Source of the DNA: Ignavibacteriota bacterium
Lineage (GTDB): Bacteria > Bacteroidota > Ignavibacteria > UBA10030
DNA length: 64,000 nt
Direction of reading: 5' to 3'
Assembly: GCA_963727825.1 (NCBI GenBank)
Contig: CAVSHO010000009.1
Coordinates: forward strand, 96,001 to 160,000
Shown: piece by piece, positions 41,025 through 50,581 of the stretch
Layout: every line of letters begins with the position of its first letter
Numbering within the stretch: the first letter of the stretch is position 1
Notes under the pieces: generated by a model
Databases searched by the model: none
What the model was told of the DNA's origin: nothing
Seen by the model: the letters and a program-made list of their open reading frames with translations, nothing else
Program-made: the position numbers and the translations under genes

Positions 41025-41057
41025 ACCAATCCGATCCCTAAAAGGGGTCGGATTGGT
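41025..41057. terminator. Hairpin between convergent genes (bidirectional terminator / REP-like)
   Basis: ACCAATCCGATCCCT-aaa-AGGGGTCGGATTGGT. Confidence 0.7.
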
Positions 41058-42311
41058 TTATTTTCTCACCTGCCCTTTTCCGTGAACAATAAACTTGGTG
41101 CTCGTTAGTTCCACAAGTCCCATCGGTCCACGTGCGTGGAGTTTTTGCGTACTGATGCCAATTTCAGCGCCAAGTCCGAATTCATAACCATCGGTAAATC
41201 GTGTTGAGGCATTCAAATACACTACGGCTGAATCAACTTCCCGCAGAAATCTTTCGCCGTTTGTTTTATTGCTGGTAACAATCGCATCGGAATGATGTGA
41301 ACCATAATGATTGATGTGCCAAATGGCTTCATCCAAACTCTTCACTACTTTGACCGCGATTATCAGATCTAAATATTCTTTGTACCATTCAGCATCCTGA
41401 GCAAGCTTCGCATCTTTGATGATCATAAGCGTCTTTTTATCGCCGCGAATATCAACTCCCGCCTGCTTTAACCTTCTTGCAATGAGGGGTATGAATTTCT
41501 TTGCAATCTTCTCGTGTACTAAAAGTTTTTCAGCTGCATTGCAAACGGAGGGTCTCTGAACCTTCGCATTAAATACGATCTCTTCTGCCTTCGTAAAATC
41601 GGCTGAGCTATCAACATAAATGTGGCAGTTGCCTTCGCCATGTGCAATAACAGGCACGGCAGAATTCTCTTGAATGAAACTGATTAACTTCTGACTTCCG
41701 CGCGGAATAATGACATCGAGGAATCTATCTTGCTTTAGCATTGACAGCACTGCTTTTCTGTCCGTTGTATCGATAAATTCGACACAGCCAGTCGGCAGGT
41801 TCACATCCTGCAAAGCCATCTTAATAATATCAACAAGTTTCTTGTTCGTGTGTATAGCTTCCGAGCCGCCGCGCAGCAGTACAGCGTTCCCGGATTTCAA
41901 ACACAGGACAGAAGCATCGATTGTCACATTCGGCCGCGCCTCATAAATAATACCTACAGCGCCGAGAGGCACTCTCATCTTCTCAATTAGAAGACCATTT
42001 GGCCTTTTTATTTTCTCAATAACTCTCCCAACGGGATCAGGAAGTTTGACGACATCGTTCACACCATCTATCATTTGCCTGATGCGCTGTTCATTGAGAG
42101 TCAACCTATCAAGTAGTATTTTCTGCAGTCCGGTTTGTTTGGCGTTCCGCAAATCTTTTTTGTTGGCTTCGAGAATTGCCGAAGTTTCATTACAAAGATG
42201 TTTGTTGATTGCCCTAAGTAAAGAATTTTTTTTCGCAGTTGTGCAGTTGTAGAGAATTCCGCTCGCTTCTTTGACAGACCGCGCCTTCTTGATAATGTTA
42301 ATTTCTAACAC
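41058..42311 (-). CDS. proA: Glutamate-5-semialdehyde dehydrogenase
   Basis: IYEARPNVT, RPSVCNAAE, NASTRFTDG, EIGISTQKLHARGP. Confidence 0.97.
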   Translation of the reverse strand: MLEINIIKKARSVKEASGILYNCTTAKKNSLLRAINKHLCNETSAILEANKKDLRNAKQTGLQKILLDRLTLNEQRIRQMIDGVNDVVKLPDPVGRVIEKIKRPNGLLIEKMRVPLGAVGIIYEARPNVTIDASVLCLKSGNAVLLRGGSEAIHTNKKLVDIIKMALQDVNLPTGCVEFIDTTDRKAVLSMLKQDRFLDVIIPRGSQKLISFIQENSAVPVIAHGEGNCHIYVDSSADFTKAEEIVFNAKVQRPSVCNAAEKLLVHEKIAKKFIPLIARRLKQAGVDIRGDKKTLMIIKDAKLAQDAEWYKEYLDLIIAVKVVKSLDEAIWHINHYGSHHSDAIVTSNKTNGERFLREVDSAVVYLNASTRFTDGYEFGLGAEIGISTQKLHARGPMGLVELTSTKFIVHGKGQVRK

Positions 42312-43447
42312 GATGTTTCTCCAATTAAAACTAAATTATCTCGATGAATCACTTCGTCGTGCGATTTACGATTGAGAATTTTTTCAATCTCACTAGTTCT
42401 TTTCCCTTTAATTTTACCAAGATCCGTTGAAGAATATCCGGTTACTCCCTTTGCGATCACTTTGCTGTTCAAATCTAATATAGAAATAGTCTCGTTCGCC
42501 TTGAACTCCCCATGCACTTCTACAATTCCGGAGGGCAGCAGGCTCTTTTGTCTTTTCAATAGTGCAAGTTTGGCTCCTTCGTCGACGCGCACGTATCCTT
42601 TTGCTGAGGAAACAAAACCAATCCACTTTTTTCGCATATTCAATTTATTTTCTGCCGGCAGAAAGAGCGTGCCTTTAAAAGTGCCAGAAAATATTTCTTC
42701 TAATACACCTTGATTCTTTCCGTTGGCAATGATCATCGCAATACCTGCAGAGACGCAGCGCTTTGCCGCCTGAATTTTTGTAATCATCCCTCCGGTGCTC
42801 AATTCAGTTTTACTGCTCTTTGCAAGTTTTTCAATTTGAAGCGTAACTTTTTCCACAACTGGGATCAGTTCAGCTTCATGATTCTTCGACGGATCATCCG
42901 AGAAAAGCCCGTCAATATCGCTCAAAATGATAAGCAGGTCTGCCTCAATAAGATTTGCGACCATTGCAGAAAGGTTATCGTTATCACCAAGCTTAATTTC
43001 TTCTACCGCAACTGTATCATTTTCATTGATGATCGGAACAACACCTTGCTCAAACAACACTGGAAAAGTGTTTTTTGCATTGAGATACCGCGCTCGATCC
43101 ACAAAATCATCTTTTGTAAGCAGGATTTGCGCAATCGTGCAATTCTGCTTCTTGAAAGCATTTTCGTATGCTTCCATTAACAGCGGCTGACCAATAGCTG
43201 CTGTCGCTTGTTTTTCTGGGATCGTTTTGGGACGTTCTTTTAATTTGAGTGCGGCAACGCCCGCTCCAATTGCTCCGGAACTGACAATTGCGATATGGTT
43301 TCCGAGAGCGTTCAAGCGGGCAACACTTCGTGCAATCTCATTGATCTGATCTAGATTTATTCCTTTCACCTTATCGGCAAGAAGATTTGTGCCAATCTTG
43401 ATTACGATCTTATTGCGCGTATGAAGTATGGATTTAAGACGATGCAT
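42305..43447 (-). CDS. proB: Glutamate 5-kinase with PUA domain
   Basis: VIKIGT, VSSGAIGAG, NENDTV, GDNDNLSA, TGGMITK, IHRDNL. Confidence 0.97.
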   Translation of the reverse strand: MHRLKSILHTRNKIVIKIGTNLLADKVKGINLDQINEIARSVARLNALGNHIAIVSSGAIGAGVAALKLKERPKTIPEKQATAAIGQPLLMEAYENAFKKQNCTIAQILLTKDDFVDRARYLNAKNTFPVLFEQGVVPIINENDTVAVEEIKLGDNDNLSAMVANLIEADLLIILSDIDGLFSDDPSKNHEAELIPVVEKVTLQIEKLAKSSKTELSTGGMITKIQAAKRCVSAGIAMIIANGKNQGVLEEIFSGTFKGTLFLPAENKLNMRKKWIGFVSSAKGYVRVDEGAKLALLKRQKSLLPSGIVEVHGEFKANETISILDLNSKVIAKGVTGYSSTDLGKIKGKRTSEIEKILNRKSHDEVIHRDNLVLIGETSC

Positions 43448-43559
43448 GATGCTTTATTATACTAAATAGTAGGGTAAATTCAAAAAAGAAAGCACTTATC
43501 ATTCCATCTTTTTAGTTTCCATTTGCCTTTGACGTGAGACTCTTTTATTTTGAAAGCAT

Positions 43560-44366
43560 ATGAAAAAATTCACACCGATTACTCTATTCCTCGCGATATT
43601 TTCTTTGCGTACCTTTTTCGGTCTTTACTCAATCGCCCTATCAATGTTCATGGGAAAAGGACAGCTACATCCTCGGCACTGGATGCGTAACCGCAGCAAC
43701 AGGTTTTATTTTTTACAGATCAGTCTCATCACCTTCAATTAGCAGAGATCAATCAACTTTCTAGTGAAACGGTGAATTGGTTTGATAGAAGCGCAACGAA
43801 CCATTATTCGGAAACAGCTGCTAACATGAGCGATATTTTATATGGTGCTGCAGCAGTTGCACCGTTTGCCTTGTTTGCAAATGAGACCATGCGCAATGAA
43901 TGGCGTACCATTACACTGATGTATATCGAAACTTGGTCATTCATTGGAGGAACTTCGATGCTAAGCAAGGGATTGGTAGAGAGATATCGTCCTTATGTAT
44001 ATAATCCGAACGTTCCTTTAGATAAAAAATTGAACAGCGATGCAAAGATGTCTTTTTTTTCTAATCATACAACTGCGGCGTTTGCCTCCGCAGTTTTTCT
44101 CTCCACAGTTTATAGTGATTACAATCCCAACTCAGAATGGAGACCGTACGTTTGGGCTGGTTCTTTATTGATAGCAAGTGTTGTTGGTTACTTGAGATAT
44201 GAAGCCGGCGAACATTTTCCTACCGATATAATAGCTGGTGCCGTTGCAGGAAGTGCAATCGGCTATGCTAATTCCATGGATGCACCGTGTTAACAAAGAG
44301 AATGTGTCTATTACTCCTGGTATACCTCACGCCGACTATGGCTTTTCGATACAGGTAAAGTTTTAA
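43560..44366 (+). CDS. PAP2-family phosphatase (frame breaks near 43600, 43739 and 44270)
   Basis: K...RYRP, SFFSNH, R..AGEHFPTD. An N-terminal signal and the C-terminus IPWMHR...IQVKF are recovered by removing single duplicated bases. Confidence 0.78.
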
Positions 44367-44373
44367 TTTATAC

Positions 44374-44401
44374 GTAGAGACGTTCAATTGAACGTCTCTA
44401 C
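44374..44401. repeat. GTAG-type REP palindrome
   Basis: GTAGAGACGTTCAATTGAACGTCTCTAC, a perfect 28-bp palindrome. Confidence 0.85.
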
Positions 44402-44447
44402 AAAAGATTTGTTTGGCTTCGTTGGTTCACGGAGTTTAGGCAACAGT

Positions 44448-44517
44448 GTAGAGTCCAGTCACCGACTGGACTCTCTCTTTTGCCTTCATATTTTCCGATC
44501 TGGTGATCGGACTCTAC
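44448..44517. repeat. Inverted doublet of GTAG-type REPs (REPIN/BIME-like)
   Basis: GTAGAGTCCAGTCACCGACTGGAC on plus and GTAGAGTCCGATCACCAGATCGGA on minus; the TAG of the latter is the ampG stop codon. Confidence 0.78.
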
Positions 44518-45935
44518 CCCAATTTTTTCCTTCCGAATCCGGGATCGATTTTCACTAATGCAGCGACAATAAATCCCGGAATCGTCGATATCATTACCCA
44601 TAAAAAGAAATGCTGATAGCCGACGAGTTCTTGAATTTTCCCGCTCATCATTCCGGGCAACATCATTCCCAGCGCCATAATGCCGGTGCAAATAGCAAAG
44701 TGCGCTGTCTTATGTTCGCCCTGCGAGATATAAATCATATACATTGCATAAGCTGTGAATCCAAACCCATATCCAAACTGCTCCAGTGCCACTGCGATAT
44801 TGATGAACAATAAATTAGTCGGCTGGAAATGCGAAAGATATACGAACATTAAATCCGGCGTGTGCATAATGATCACCATCGGCCAAAGCCACCATCGAAG
44901 GCCTTTCTTTGAAATTGCATATCCGCCGAGTAATCCACCGGCAGTTAGTGCAATTATGCCGACTGTACCGTATACAATTCCGACTTCACTTGTTGCCAAT
45001 CCAAGTCCGCCTTTATCACGCGGATCGAGTAAAAATGGCGAAACGAGTTTTACTAATTGTGCTTCTGCAAAACGATAGAAGAGCAAGAATAAAAGGATTA
45101 CTAAAATATCTTTACGTTTGAAGAATATAACGAAGGTGTGAATGAATTCTTTGTTTATGTTATTCAACTTTGACCCTGAGTTAAAAAACGATCTCCCCTT
45201 CCGCCCAAAAGCCGGCGGATAAATTTTCCCCTCCTTAGTAAGGAGGGGATATGGGGTGGTAATATTTTTATCATTATCAAGAACAGTGTCGGCAAGAAAT
45301 GAATTTGAAATCTGTAAGGTTGATTTATCTGATGTGGGATATGGAAGAATAAATCGATGATACAAACAAAGCACTGCGAACATAACAGCAATCACTAAAA
45401 AGGTAATCGACCACGCCTGTGGAATCCCAATGCGCGACTCTAACGTTCCTGCCAATACAACTAATGCACCTTGTCCTGCAATCATCGCGATGCGATAAAA
45501 TGTACTGCGAATACCGACAAATGCTGCTTGCTGCGGCTCGTTCAAACCTAACATATAAAATCCATCAGCGGCAATATCATGCGTGGCAGAGCTGAATGCC
45601 ATCAACGCAAAGATAGAAAGTGTCAGAACAAGGAATGAAGGCATCGAAATAGTGAACGCAACGCCGACGAGTGCAATGGAAATCAGCAACTGTGTCGAGA
45701 CGACCCAGAACCGTTTTGTTAAAAACATATCAACGAATGGGCTCCACAACGGTTTAATCGCCCAAGGTAAATAAAGCCAGCTTGTGTAAAGTGCGATATC
45801 AGTGTTTGAGATACCAAGTTTCTTATACATTATCACAGATACCGTCATCACTACGACGTATGGAATTCCTTCAGCAAAGTAAAGCGACGGAACCCAAGCC
45901 CAAGGATTTCGATGTGTTGGTTTTGTTATGTTCAT
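44514..45935 (-). CDS. ampG: AmpG-family MFS muropeptide permease with an extended central loop
   Basis: WVPSLYFAEGIPY, WAIKPLWSPFVD, SATHDIAADGFY, EQFGYGFGFTAY, HKTAHFAICTG. Confidence 0.88.
   Translation of the reverse strand: MNITKPTHRNPWAWVPSLYFAEGIPYVVVMTVSVIMYKKLGISNTDIALYTSWLYLPWAIKPLWSPFVDMFLTKRFWVVSTQLLISIALVGVAFTISMPSFLVLTLSIFALMAFSSATHDIAADGFYMLGLNEPQQAAFVGIRSTFYRIAMIAGQGALVVLAGTLESRIGIPQAWSITFLVIAVMFAVLCLYHRFILPYPTSDKSTLQISNSFLADTVLDNDKNITTPYPLLTKEGKIYPPAFGRKGRSFFNSGSKLNNINKEFIHTFVIFFKRKDILVILLFLLFYRFAEAQLVKLVSPFLLDPRDKGGLGLATSEVGIVYGTVGIIALTAGGLLGGYAISKKGLRWWLWPMVIIMHTPDLMFVYLSHFQPTNLLFINIAVALEQFGYGFGFTAYAMYMIYISQGEHKTAHFAICTGIMALGMMLPGMMSGKIQELVGYQHFFLWVMISTIPGFIVAALVKIDPGFGRKKLG
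45191..45260. repeat. Palindromic repeat element embedded in frame in ampG
   Basis: TCCCCTCCTTA-g-TAAGGAGGGGA (45227-45249) followed by TATGGGGTGGT, plus a TCCGCC...GGCGGA hairpin (45200-45219). Confidence 0.75.
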
Positions 45936-46002
45936 TTTTTACCTCGTAACTACTCAACATATTCATATATTGTGGAAAATTGAGATTGAAAGAAATAGAA
46001 TG

Positions 46003-46034
46003 ACCCCACCTTAGTCCTCCCCTTCAGGGGAGGA
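46003..46034. repeat. C-rich leader plus hairpin, related to the element inside ampG
   Basis: ACCCCACCTTAG-TCCTCCCCT-tc-AGGGGAGGA. Confidence 0.65.
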
Positions 46035-46106
46035 ATTTTTCAAGAAGGTCGATATATATAAAAGGTTACCAAAAGGACGTTGAGCAATTACATTATATCT
46101 TATTGA

Positions 46107-47441
46107 TCAGTATAGCTTCTTTAATTCTGCACAATGGAAGTAATGTTTCAATATTTCTTCCGCGGTGAATCCTTTCGACGCCATTACTGCCGCACCGATT
46201 TGACAAAGGCCAACACCGTGTCCCCATCCCGCTCCATAAAATACGAACTTCATCGGTACTCCTTTCCCGTCTCGTTCGATTTTCACGATGAATGCGCTCG
46301 AATACAAATGCGACTTCGATAACCAGCGGCGGATTTCCAATTCTTTTCCCACAACCATCGTTCGTTTCGATCCGACAATCTTCAATTTGACAATACGTCC
46401 GGATATACCGCGCTTCAAAGGGACGATATCCATAATTGTCCCAAAGTCGATTTCTGATTTTGCATGCAAAATTTCTTCAAGCTGCTCTCGTGAATACTCG
46501 ATTTTCCACCGAAAGAAGTCCGTTGTTTCCTGATCAAACGATGGCAGCACATGCTGTAATATATTTCTATTGGTCGTATTGCAATAAACATCAGGTGAAG
46601 AAGTGATCCATCGTTCAGCATCAGCTTCATTCAATATTGGTGGATAGTTTACAGAAGAATCAGAAACAGATTGAAGACATGGAATTTGTGTCTCTTCCCA
46701 ACAATTTTCAAACAACTCAGTTCTCCCGCCGCAAGCTTTAGAAAACCGGGCGTCGCAAACCTCATTATCAGCAACGAGAACTATTCCTTGCGTTGCTTCG
46801 ACCGCCTCTTTTACAAAATTTGAAATAATTCTTGTAATTCCTTGATAACGCTGGCAGTGATCATCGGCGCAGACATCAAAGAATGCGTGATCTTCTCTGT
46901 CGTACCAGCGGATAATTTCGTTTTCCGTCTCAAGTGATTGCTGTGATTGTTTGCTGATATTTTTGAATTTCTCTAGACGCTCTAACATTGCCACGAGCCA
47001 ACTTCGTGAAATAATAGCATGTGCTTGCAGCAGCTCGATCGGAGCTTCGGCACTCATTTCTGAGGAGATAACGCTTTGAAGATACAACTCTAAACAAACT
47101 TCATTTATCACTGTAAGTGTACCATCAGCATTCAATAGAATCCTAAGATCACCTTCAAAGGTTTGCTTTTCTTTTCGTTCCCAGTGAAAATTGATCCCGA
47201 TAGTGACGCCGCTCAATGTGAACGTAGCATTATTCAACGAACGGCAGTAAAGTTCTTCTGATCGAAGTACTTCCACTTCTTCATCGTCATACAGTACCAA
47301 GTGTCCATCTTTACTCGCACCTCGAAAAGAACCCTGCAATTTTATAGAGTAGGGCAATTCAAAGTATCCGTTGAAATTACCGCGAACTTCTTTCGAGTTC
47401 TCGATTAGGCCAACGGAGATTATCGGTTCCGAGGAGATCAA
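46107..47441 (-). CDS. SpoIID/LytB domain protein (lytic transglycosylase-like)
   Basis: LELYLQSVISSEM, AHAIISRSW, DVCADDHCQRYQG, GAGWGHGVGLCQIGA. Confidence 0.9.
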   Translation of the reverse strand: MISSEPIISVGLIENSKEVRGNFNGYFELPYSIKLQGSFRGASKDGHLVLYDDEEVEVLRSEELYCRSLNNATFTLSGVTIGINFHWERKEKQTFEGDLRILLNADGTLTVINEVCLELYLQSVISSEMSAEAPIELLQAHAIISRSWLVAMLERLEKFKNISKQSQQSLETENEIIRWYDREDHAFFDVCADDHCQRYQGITRIISNFVKEAVEATQGIVLVADNEVCDARFSKACGGRTELFENCWEETQIPCLQSVSDSSVNYPPILNEADAERWITSSPDVYCNTTNRNILQHVLPSFDQETTDFFRWKIEYSREQLEEILHAKSEIDFGTIMDIVPLKRGISGRIVKLKIVGSKRTMVVGKELEIRRWLSKSHLYSSAFIVKIERDGKGVPMKFVFYGAGWGHGVGLCQIGAAVMASKGFTAEEILKHYFHCAELKKLY

Positions 47442-48439
47442 ATTATTTTCTCCAATATTTCATCGATAATTTCCTGTTTCTCGCTTACCTCAGAGAAAAT
47501 GTCTTCAATCAATTTTGCATTAACGTTTAAGAAATCCTTTTCCAACGGTGTTACTATAAGTCCACCCATATCCACAGCCGCAGGACTAATCAACACGCGT
47601 TCATTACCATCCTTATAATATACACTCGGTCGATGCTTTTGCCGCGGAAAGATAATGAGCCGCCAAATATTTTCTTGATACGAACAAAGAACATTTGCCA
47701 TAGGCTCTTTGACAAGGCGGAGGTACTTTTTCCACTCAACAAATATTTTATGTATAAAGGCGAGCAGTTGAATTTTGTCAGTTGATTCGACAATCATAAC
47801 TGTTCTGCCATAATTCATCAAGGTAAATCCTGCAACATGATTTTTATAGTAGAACCGTTTACGCCTTTGGACATTCACTGAGTCGCGCTCAACAGGAATA
47901 GCAAGACGAGGGCTTGCCTGAAAATGCAAATGATCCGGTGCTGACGCGCCGCATTCCGGTCCATTATAAAATATTGTGTAGTCGGGACAAAGATCTCTTG
48001 CAAGATCGAGCATCGCATCAATAGAAGATTCAAAATCTTGCCGCGTATGACGCATGCTTGATATGGTAAAATGTCTAAAAAAAATCGGAACAGGATTACA
48101 GAGAATTAGGTAATCGTCACGATATAAAATCCCTTGTTGTTCTTCTGGAAGATTCTCAAGACAGAGGATACATTTACGATTATTAATTACTCCCGGATCG
48201 ACATTAGCTTCAGTACTAACGATGCGTTTCGGATTAAATTGCACTTTTACCGTGAATCCACTACAGGTAATTTCGCGAACTTGAACTGACTTAAACGAGG
48301 CATATCCTGCTGCCATCTGTTGCCAAGCTGATTGCTGCTGTGCGAAAAGTTCTGAACACAAATTCGGTAATGCAGCACTTTGGCTTGCAGAATTAAAACA
48401 GTTGAAAACTTTCGGAGTAATATAATCAGCCTGTGTCAA
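47438..48439 (-). CDS. DUF4922 protein (HIT/GalT-type nucleotidyltransferase fold)
   Basis: VQFNPKRIVST, CILC, LCNPVPIF..HFTI, FYNGPECGASAPDHLHFQ, SPAAVDMGG. Confidence 0.85.
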   Translation of the reverse strand: MTQADYITPKVFNCFNSASQSAALPNLCSELFAQQQSAWQQMAAGYASFKSVQVREITCSGFTVKVQFNPKRIVSTEANVDPGVINNRKCILCLENLPEEQQGILYRDDYLILCNPVPIFFRHFTISSMRHTRQDFESSIDAMLDLARDLCPDYTIFYNGPECGASAPDHLHFQASPRLAIPVERDSVNVQRRKRFYYKNHVAGFTLMNYGRTVMIVESTDKIQLLAFIHKIFVEWKKYLRLVKEPMANVLCSYQENIWRLIIFPRQKHRPSVYYKDGNERVLISPAAVDMGGLIVTPLEKDFLNVNAKLIEDIFSEVSEKQEIIDEILEKII

Positions 48440-48457
48440 GGAATATTTTCCTTTCTG

Positions 48458-48979
48458 TTATTTATCTCCAGCCAGAATTTTCTCTATCTGAATGAACCCG
48501 ATGAAATGATCAACTGAGGTTTTGCCCATCGTAAACGGCATATCCTCTACAATTTCATATCCCATTTTTTTATACCACGCAATCGCCGATTTATTTTTGA
48601 CCATCACGCCAAGCCAGATATTTTCAAGTCCCATTGATTTAGCCCGCTCTGCCGCCGATTTCATTAACTTTCTGCCAAGCCCGAGATTTTGATAAACAGG
48701 AAGAATGTACAATTGCTGCACATAAAGCCTATTTTCTTTTTCGTTGCAGTAAGTCTTTTCATAGCCGGCAATCGCATCATCATACTCAGCAACAAATCCG
48801 GTAACTTTAGCGTCGTTATACTGTTCGGCAAGTTTTTCTAATGTATAATTCTCGTTGAAATACACCTGCAAATCATCAATGGGAATGAAACTCGAATACG
48901 ATTCCTTCCACGTTTCCCATAGTATGTACTGCACAATCTTAAGATCGTCTTGATGCCAAAGACGAATATTGATGCTCAT
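48458..48979 (-). CDS. GNAT N-acetyltransferase
   Basis: ETWKESY, LYILPVYQNLGLGRKLM, WLGV...N..AI.WYKKMGY. Confidence 0.88.
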   Translation of the reverse strand: MSINIRLWHQDDLKIVQYILWETWKESYSSFIPIDDLQVYFNENYTLEKLAEQYNDAKVTGFVAEYDDAIAGYEKTYCNEKENRLYVQQLYILPVYQNLGLGRKLMKSAAERAKSMGLENIWLGVMVKNKSAIAWYKKMGYEIVEDMPFTMGKTSVDHFIGFIQIEKILAGDK

Positions 48980-50463
48980 TTTATCTTTCCGTTGAATTGT
49001 TGGCGAGAAAGAATTTCGATCGTGCGAAGTTTATCTTTGAAATGATCATTCTTATTTGCAATCTCGATCGAAAGCGCTGTATCCGTGTTACCTTCCCAGC
49101 GTCGGCAAAGATAAAGCGGTTCGTAGATTCTTCCGATTTGATATTGATGAGACAACCGTAGGGCAATGGCATAATCTTCGCCATAATTCACATTGGGCAT
49201 TCCACCGATTTCTCGAAGCAATGCCGTATTGAAAGCACGGGGGGCACCAAGTCCGTTGATACGAAGCGCATTATTCCTTCCGTTTCTCGGTGTCCATTCT
49301 TTGTGATCGACTATGCCGGGCGGGAGTTCCTCTAATTTCATGTTCACTAATTTGTACGAACCAATCACCATTGCAAAGTTACTGCGATGGAATTCATTAA
49401 CAATTTTCTGAAGAGTATCCTGTCTTGAATAAATATCATCGGAATCGAGTTGAACGACATACCGGCCGCAGGCTTTGGAATAAATAGCTTCATTCCAACA
49501 TCCACCAATGCCAAGATCTGTCCGAGGTGGAATTTGATGCTTGACCAGTGGATTTTTTTCAGCAATGTGCTGAAGCAGTTGTGTTGTACCGTCGGTGGAA
49601 TAATTATCAATGACAATACAGTTAAATGGAAAATTTGTTTTCTGCTCCAAAACGCTTTTTATGGCTTCAGCAACTGTATTTAGGCGATTTCGAACTGGAA
49701 TTACAACACTTGCCTCCACTGGAAAATGGATATCGTACTTCGGCACCTTTGCAAATTCTGGCTTTAGATATGCGCCGATTCGTTTAAGATGCTTTGTAGC
49801 CACCATCTCCATTTCTTTTTGAGCCTGTTGTTCGGAAGGGTTTACGTAATCAAACTGTCTTTCGCCATTTTTATGTACATTAGATTTTATTTTTGTATAA
49901 AGACATTCCTGTATATGAAAAAGTTGATGATCAATGGAAACCTTCAAGCGAAGATCATAGAATCCCGCTTTATAGACATTTTCAAGCTTTCCATAACATT
50001 TAATTGCTTTCTTCACAGCACAAGTGGAGAAAACGAGAACATACCCGAAATCGAAAGTATCACGAATACTGCCGAGTTGATATTCGTTCAATGGATGTTC
50101 GAAGCGATTTCCGTTCTTCGCATCGTAATGGTCTGAGTAGGTCATTCCTGCACCAGTCTGTTCGGCAATTCCAATCATTCGTTCCAATTCAAATTGACTT
50201 ATTTTAATATCTTGGGCTTGCGAAATAAAAACAAAATATTTCGTTTTTATTCTCGCGAGAATTTGATTGAGTGTTTTACCCGAGAGGAATGAATTCGTTT
50301 TTATTGGAAAGCACTTAAAATGGGTTCTAGTATAGTCGCCACTGTGGATAACTAAAATCTTTTCGATAAACGATGAATCGATTAAACGATTGATCGTCAT
50401 CTCAAATTGTGGACTTAGAAAATATTGAAGGATAATAGTAAGGGTTATTTTTTCTTTTTTCAT
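48976..50463 (-). CDS. Two-domain glycosyltransferase family 2 protein
   Basis: C-terminal GT-A domain: SVVIPVRNR, IDNYSTDGT, QLDSDD, YGEDY, RRWEGN. The N-terminal half looks like a degenerate GT-A domain. Confidence 0.88.
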   Translation of the reverse strand: MKKEKITLTIILQYFLSPQFEMTINRLIDSSFIEKILVIHSGDYTRTHFKCFPIKTNSFLSGKTLNQILARIKTKYFVFISQAQDIKISQFELERMIGIAEQTGAGMTYSDHYDAKNGNRFEHPLNEYQLGSIRDTFDFGYVLVFSTCAVKKAIKCYGKLENVYKAGFYDLRLKVSIDHQLFHIQECLYTKIKSNVHKNGERQFDYVNPSEQQAQKEMEMVATKHLKRIGAYLKPEFAKVPKYDIHFPVEASVVIPVRNRLNTVAEAIKSVLEQKTNFPFNCIVIDNYSTDGTTQLLQHIAEKNPLVKHQIPPRTDLGIGGCWNEAIYSKACGRYVVQLDSDDIYSRQDTLQKIVNEFHRSNFAMVIGSYKLVNMKLEELPPGIVDHKEWTPRNGRNNALRINGLGAPRAFNTALLREIGGMPNVNYGEDYAIALRLSHQYQIGRIYEPLYLCRRWEGNTDTALSIEIANKNDHFKDKLRTIEILSRQQFNGKIK

Positions 50464-50581
50464 CAATTGTTCTCGGAATTGTATTATCGTGGAAAATACA
50501 GAGTAATGCAGATGTCTAATCTCTCATCTTTAACTCTGTAATCCTTTGTTCCATTCGCGGTTGAATATTATCTGCCCCTAG

